A DNA stretch of 63,138 nucleotides, counting the filler, from Olpidium bornovanus S191 (Eukaryota; Fungi; Olpidiomycota): assembly GCA_017911155.1 (NCBI GenBank). It is 33 parts of 33 records of this genome, joined end to end, with 100 filler letters (N's around TTAATTAATTAA, not from the genome) between each part and the next. Parts side by side here need not be neighbours in the genome. Positions count along the whole stretch, not along the records: positions 59,309 to 61,483 come from JAEFCI010013012.1; positions 61,584 to 63,138 come from JAEFCI010001009.1; 31 more parts are not named here. One strand, given 5' to 3'. The notes below the pieces were generated by a model. It ran no database searches. It was given only the letters and a program-made list of their open reading frames with translations, and was not told the origin of the DNA. Made by a program: the position numbers and the translations under genes. Below are positions 59,209-63,138 of this stretch, piece after piece. Every line of letters begins with the position of its first letter. The first letter of the stretch is position 1.

Positions 59209-61756
59209 NNNNNNNNNNNNNNNNNNNNNNNNNNNNNNNNNNNNNNNNNNNNTTAATTAATTAANNNNNNNNNNNNNNNNNNNNNNNNNNNNNNNNNNNN
59301 NNNNNNNNGAGAAAAAAAAATTGGCGCGGCGCCCGGGGTTCCTCGTTCGACAAGGGGCAAACGTCTGGAGCCGTTTTTCATTTTGGACGTCTGGAAGTTT
59401 GTTCGGCTCGCGGTTGGCGCGCGCGCATGAGCGGCGGCGGTGCACCGCGCGGGGGAAGGCGGGGGCGGACGGCGGGGGACCCGCGGCCTCCCTCTCTCCC
59501 TGTTTCTCTGTTTTTGCTCTTTTTCTTTCTTGTGCGTCGACCGAGTCTCCGTTTCGAACGTGCGGGCGGATCCCACCCTACACCACGTCCCCTCATTCTT
59601 CCGCCTCGACGACTAACGCGGGACTCTGGCGACGAGAACCGCGGAAGGAAGCGGAGACATGAACTCGTCTGTCGCCGGCAAGGAAAAAGTCGCGACGCAG
59701 CTGTCGCCGTCCGACGCCGCCCGGTGGAAAAAAACCGCGGTCGGCGCCGCTGGTGGGGGTTTCGCTTAAAACGATCGATCCTGTAGTTCCCCCCTTTTCT
59801 CCCTTCCCCCCCCCTTCCCCGCCCCTCGCCCCCCCCCCATCCCTCTTGCTCCCTTCATTTTTTGCCTTTTCCAGTCGCGTTTGCAACGACGACGGAAAAA
59901 CCGTGCGGGAAAAAAAGGGGTGGAGGAAGCAAGGCTCTCTTGGCCGTCTCGCGATATGAACTGTCTCTCGCAGCGTTGACCCCTCTCAAACTCCGTCCGT
60001 CGTCCGGGAGCTCTCTGACATTTTCTCTCGTTTTTTCTGTCGTTTTCGGTTTCACGCGTTCTCGTTCGCCCTTGGCAATGTGACCAGGTGAGTGTCCGAT
60101 GAGAGGCCTATGTGGCTAACGGTCAGGTGACAATTCCACCCAGAAACCGGGGGGCGCCCGCCGAGCACAACTCCCTCCCCCTCCCCTAGTTCGGCTGTGT
60201 TTTCTATCAAAATTGTTTGCGTTGACGACGGGCCAGACAGGACTTGCGAAATACCGCTAAATAACTTTACGATAAATGCCTTTTTCTCCGGCACCAGCTG
60301 CAGACCTTGAGCAGCACCCTGAGCCGTACGGACAGTGGCAAAGATGCGGACTTTGGCAGCGGACCTCTAATGAATTCTTTTTCGCCCGACCTGGCACGAC
60401 AGCATTTTTTTCATTTTTTTTCCTTTGTTTACTTTTTATTTTTTTATTCTTCTTTTTTTATTTTTTTTCTTATTTTGTTATTTGTTATATAATTTTTCTT
60501 TTTTTTACGGAACGTTTTCTCGTTCGTCCCGAGCGTAAGCTTTTATTGGAAAAACTAGCAAATCAAATTCGAAGAGAACACCCGCCGAGCGCAGTTACGC
60601 GAAGGGCCCTGGCTGCAGAACTCGCGGGATACCGCCGGAAACACTCCGCAGCAGTCCCGGATGGGAGCGACAGTCTTCTGCTCCGCTCCGCACGCGCGCC
60701 TGTTCAACAGTCGCCCGCAACCTCGATCAGATCTTCTTCCTAGACGGCTTCCTGCTTGGTGATCTGAGAAAAAAGTTTGCAAAACCTGACGGCCCAGGTA
60801 AGAAAAAGCTCGCTGCAAACGAAGTAAAGGCGAGTAACTCCCCAACTCCGCCCTCCCCGTCGGCGCCGCCTCCCTCATTTACCTTTTGAGACTTTATTTG
60901 GAGTTTTCCCACAAAGTTGACCTTGCCAGATACGGAGTTGCGGTCGGGCTCTATCTCCGTCTGCGCGTAAGAGAAAGGAGGGCGAGAAATTGGACCAACT
61001 AACCCCGCTCGACTCGGTTTTGCAAACCGATCCGACCAAACTATGTTCAAGAAGCGTTGGTTGTAAAGAAAAACCGCCGAACTGTATTCGCACCATACCG
61101 ATCTTGGTAGCGCGCCCAACATTCAGCTCTTTGTCGCTGAAAGGGCGAAAACCTCAATTATATGACCGGTGAAGTCGCGGGGCCGCGACTTTCAAGACCA
61201 AAAAAAGGAAAGGGCCCGGCTTTAATTACTTGAGCGGACCTTCCGCTTCAAATATTTACGTCGGTAAATGACACACTACTGTAGAACGTTTTTTTTTTAC
61301 CCAAGCCAAAGCTTTCTGCTTCTTTTTTTTAATCAAAAACAGGGAGAGCGTGTTTACCGCGATCATGTTGCTGGCCACGACTCTCAATCTTTTGGCTGAC
61401 CTCGCCGACTCCAACGATCCGCCCGAATCGCGGCGCGCCCGTGGCGACTCCTCGATCAGCTTGTGAACCGTTTCGACGTTGCANNNNNNNNNNNNNNNNN
61501 NNNNNNNNNNNNNNNNNNNNNNNNNNNTTAATTAATTAANNNNNNNNNNNNNNNNNNNNNNNNNNNNNNNNNNNNNNNNNNNNAGGCTCATAACCTTTCG
61601 CGTTCTTATCTCTTATAATGTGAATTTGTGAGAGTATCGGGGAAAAATATGAAGAGTGAAGGTGGGATGTATCTGTGGTCACGTGACTGATTTATCCTCC
61701 ATGACAAGATTGACTGATGCTGTCATCCGGGAGAACTTCTTCCACTGTCATGACAG

Positions 61757-61830
61757 AGATGGATGGAGAGCATGGATGGATGGATGGATGGATGGGATGG
61801 ATGGATGGGATGGATGGATGGGATGGATGG
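61757..61830. repeat. (GGAT)n microsatellite
   Basis: Read directly from the sequence. Confidence 0.95.
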
Positions 61831-62180
61831 GTGACAGGTTGGATTTGCTGAGGTTGGTGTGTTATGTGTTGGGTGAAAGGAGTGTTGCGTGTTGGGGGAA
61901 ACGGAAATTTTTTTTTTCCGCCGCGCAGCTGGTACCCGCGGGTAGACAGGTACCCGTCGGCAGAAACCCATACCCATGCCCGACCCTCAATCCTCAAACC
62001 CGTACCCCCATGCTGGGTGAGCCCGGTAGGGTGAAACCCAGTGTGGCAGTGTCTGGCGTGATGAACGTCCGTCTGTCCGTCCGCCATCCTTCCTGGCCAA
62101 TCACAGGCGCCTCGCCACGCCTGCGCCGGCGGACTCGACACCGCATCCGAACCTTTCTTCCTCGCACCACAACAACCCAA

Positions 62181-62228
62181 TCGAGCTCAGCCAATCAGAA
62201 CGTCATCGAGCTCAGCCAATCAGAACGT
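62181..62228 (+). promoter_or_regulatory. 25-bp duplication, each copy carrying AGCCAATCAG (CCAAT box)
   Basis: tcgagctcagccaatcagaacgt(ca) x2; further CCAAT motifs near 62097, 62177 and 62454. Confidence 0.55.
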
Positions 62229-62728
62229 TCCCCCCTCACTTTCCCCCACATTTTCCGGGGTGCTGGGTGAGGGCTCCCGCCGCCCCGGGTTCCGAAATCG
62301 ATGCAAAAAGTGCGGAAAAGCAACCGGCATTCGAACTGTCGTTTAGATTTAGATGGTGACATGTAAACATTCTATGCACTCTCGTTGGTCCAAAGGGCTC
62401 AACCAGCGCTGTTGGCGAGCCGCAGGCGAGTCCCAGCTCAAATTGGGAACTGACCAATGAAAACCGCAGCCCCATGGGATGCCGGCAACGAAGGAAGGAT
62501 AAAGGGTGGGCAACAATCTGACGCGCTATGCCAAGGTTTTAGAATTTCGTGCAATACCCGTACAAACATGACTGAGATCCTACAAGTTTGCAAACAAAAA
62601 GTATAGTGAGCAAACAAAATAAATTGCTGCCCATTTTGCGATCACGCGTACCTCCGAATTCAGCGCCGGCAGTCGCAAAAAAAGAATAAGAAGGAAAAAA
62701 AAAAAAAAAGGAACGCCGGCAGTCGCCC

Positions 62729-62766
<38 letters not shown>

Positions 62767-62771
<5 letters not shown>

Positions 62772-62915
62772 ATTCCGGCCGTGCGTAATGCAAGGAAGGA
62801 AGGAAGGAAGGAACAAAGGAAGGGTGGCAAAGCCCGGTCAGCCGCCACACACCTCCCCTGTCCTCCATACCTTCTTATGGACAGAGACTGGACAGACCGG
62901 GTATAACGGAGACAC

Positions 62916-62958
<43 letters not shown>

Positions 62959-63138
62959 AACCCCGGGGGCCGGAAAAATGAAAACAAAAAATGATTGAAA
63001 TGCCGGCCGCGCGCGTTGCAAAGAACGGAGAAGGGAAGAAAGGAAGGAAGGGTGGCAGGGCCCGGTCAACCGCCACACACATCCACTGTCCTCCATACCT
63101 TTTTGTAAGGCAGAATTGGACAGACCCGGTGCAATGTC
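62767..63138. repeat. Two diverged copies of a roughly 150-bp unit separated by poly(A)
   Basis: ggaagggtggca..cccggtca.ccgccacacac.tcc.ctgtcctccatacctt..ggacagacc at about 62818-62900 and 63045-63128, with A runs at 62730-62765 and 62917-62956. Confidence 0.85.

Noticed and set aside
59309-61483. Scattered minus-strand exon candidates
   Set aside because: Several GT-AG pairs but no consistent frame or known motif.

Overview
This window is not one locus. It is 33 unrelated short contigs (about 1.1-3.5 kb) joined by identical 100-nt spacers (N44-TTAATTAATTAA-N44), so neighbourhood across spacers carries no meaning. The DNA is GC-rich, intron-rich and eukaryotic. Flagellar genes (kinesin-2 KIF3, NPHP4) occur together with fungal-type genes (Clr2, Igo1, Dlt1, Vps54, Snf2, CPY-like, allantoicase, YBR241C-type MFS), pointing to a zoosporic early-diverging fungus (Olpidium-like is a guess). 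Most genes are partial; family calls come from recalled motifs after manual splicing, not database searches. Copia and gypsy LTR-retrotransposon relics are present. Highlights: (1) a Bem1-type PX exon split by a 156-bp insertion between 5-bp direct repeats, whose removal restores the motif exactly; (2) animal-like systems lacking in yeasts (MICU, KICS2/KICSTOR, UBE2T); (3) a phase-supported 5-nt micro-exon and a possible GG-AG intron; (4) 23 of 65 contig ends fall at CATG. No rRNA, tRNA or CRISPR array was recognised.
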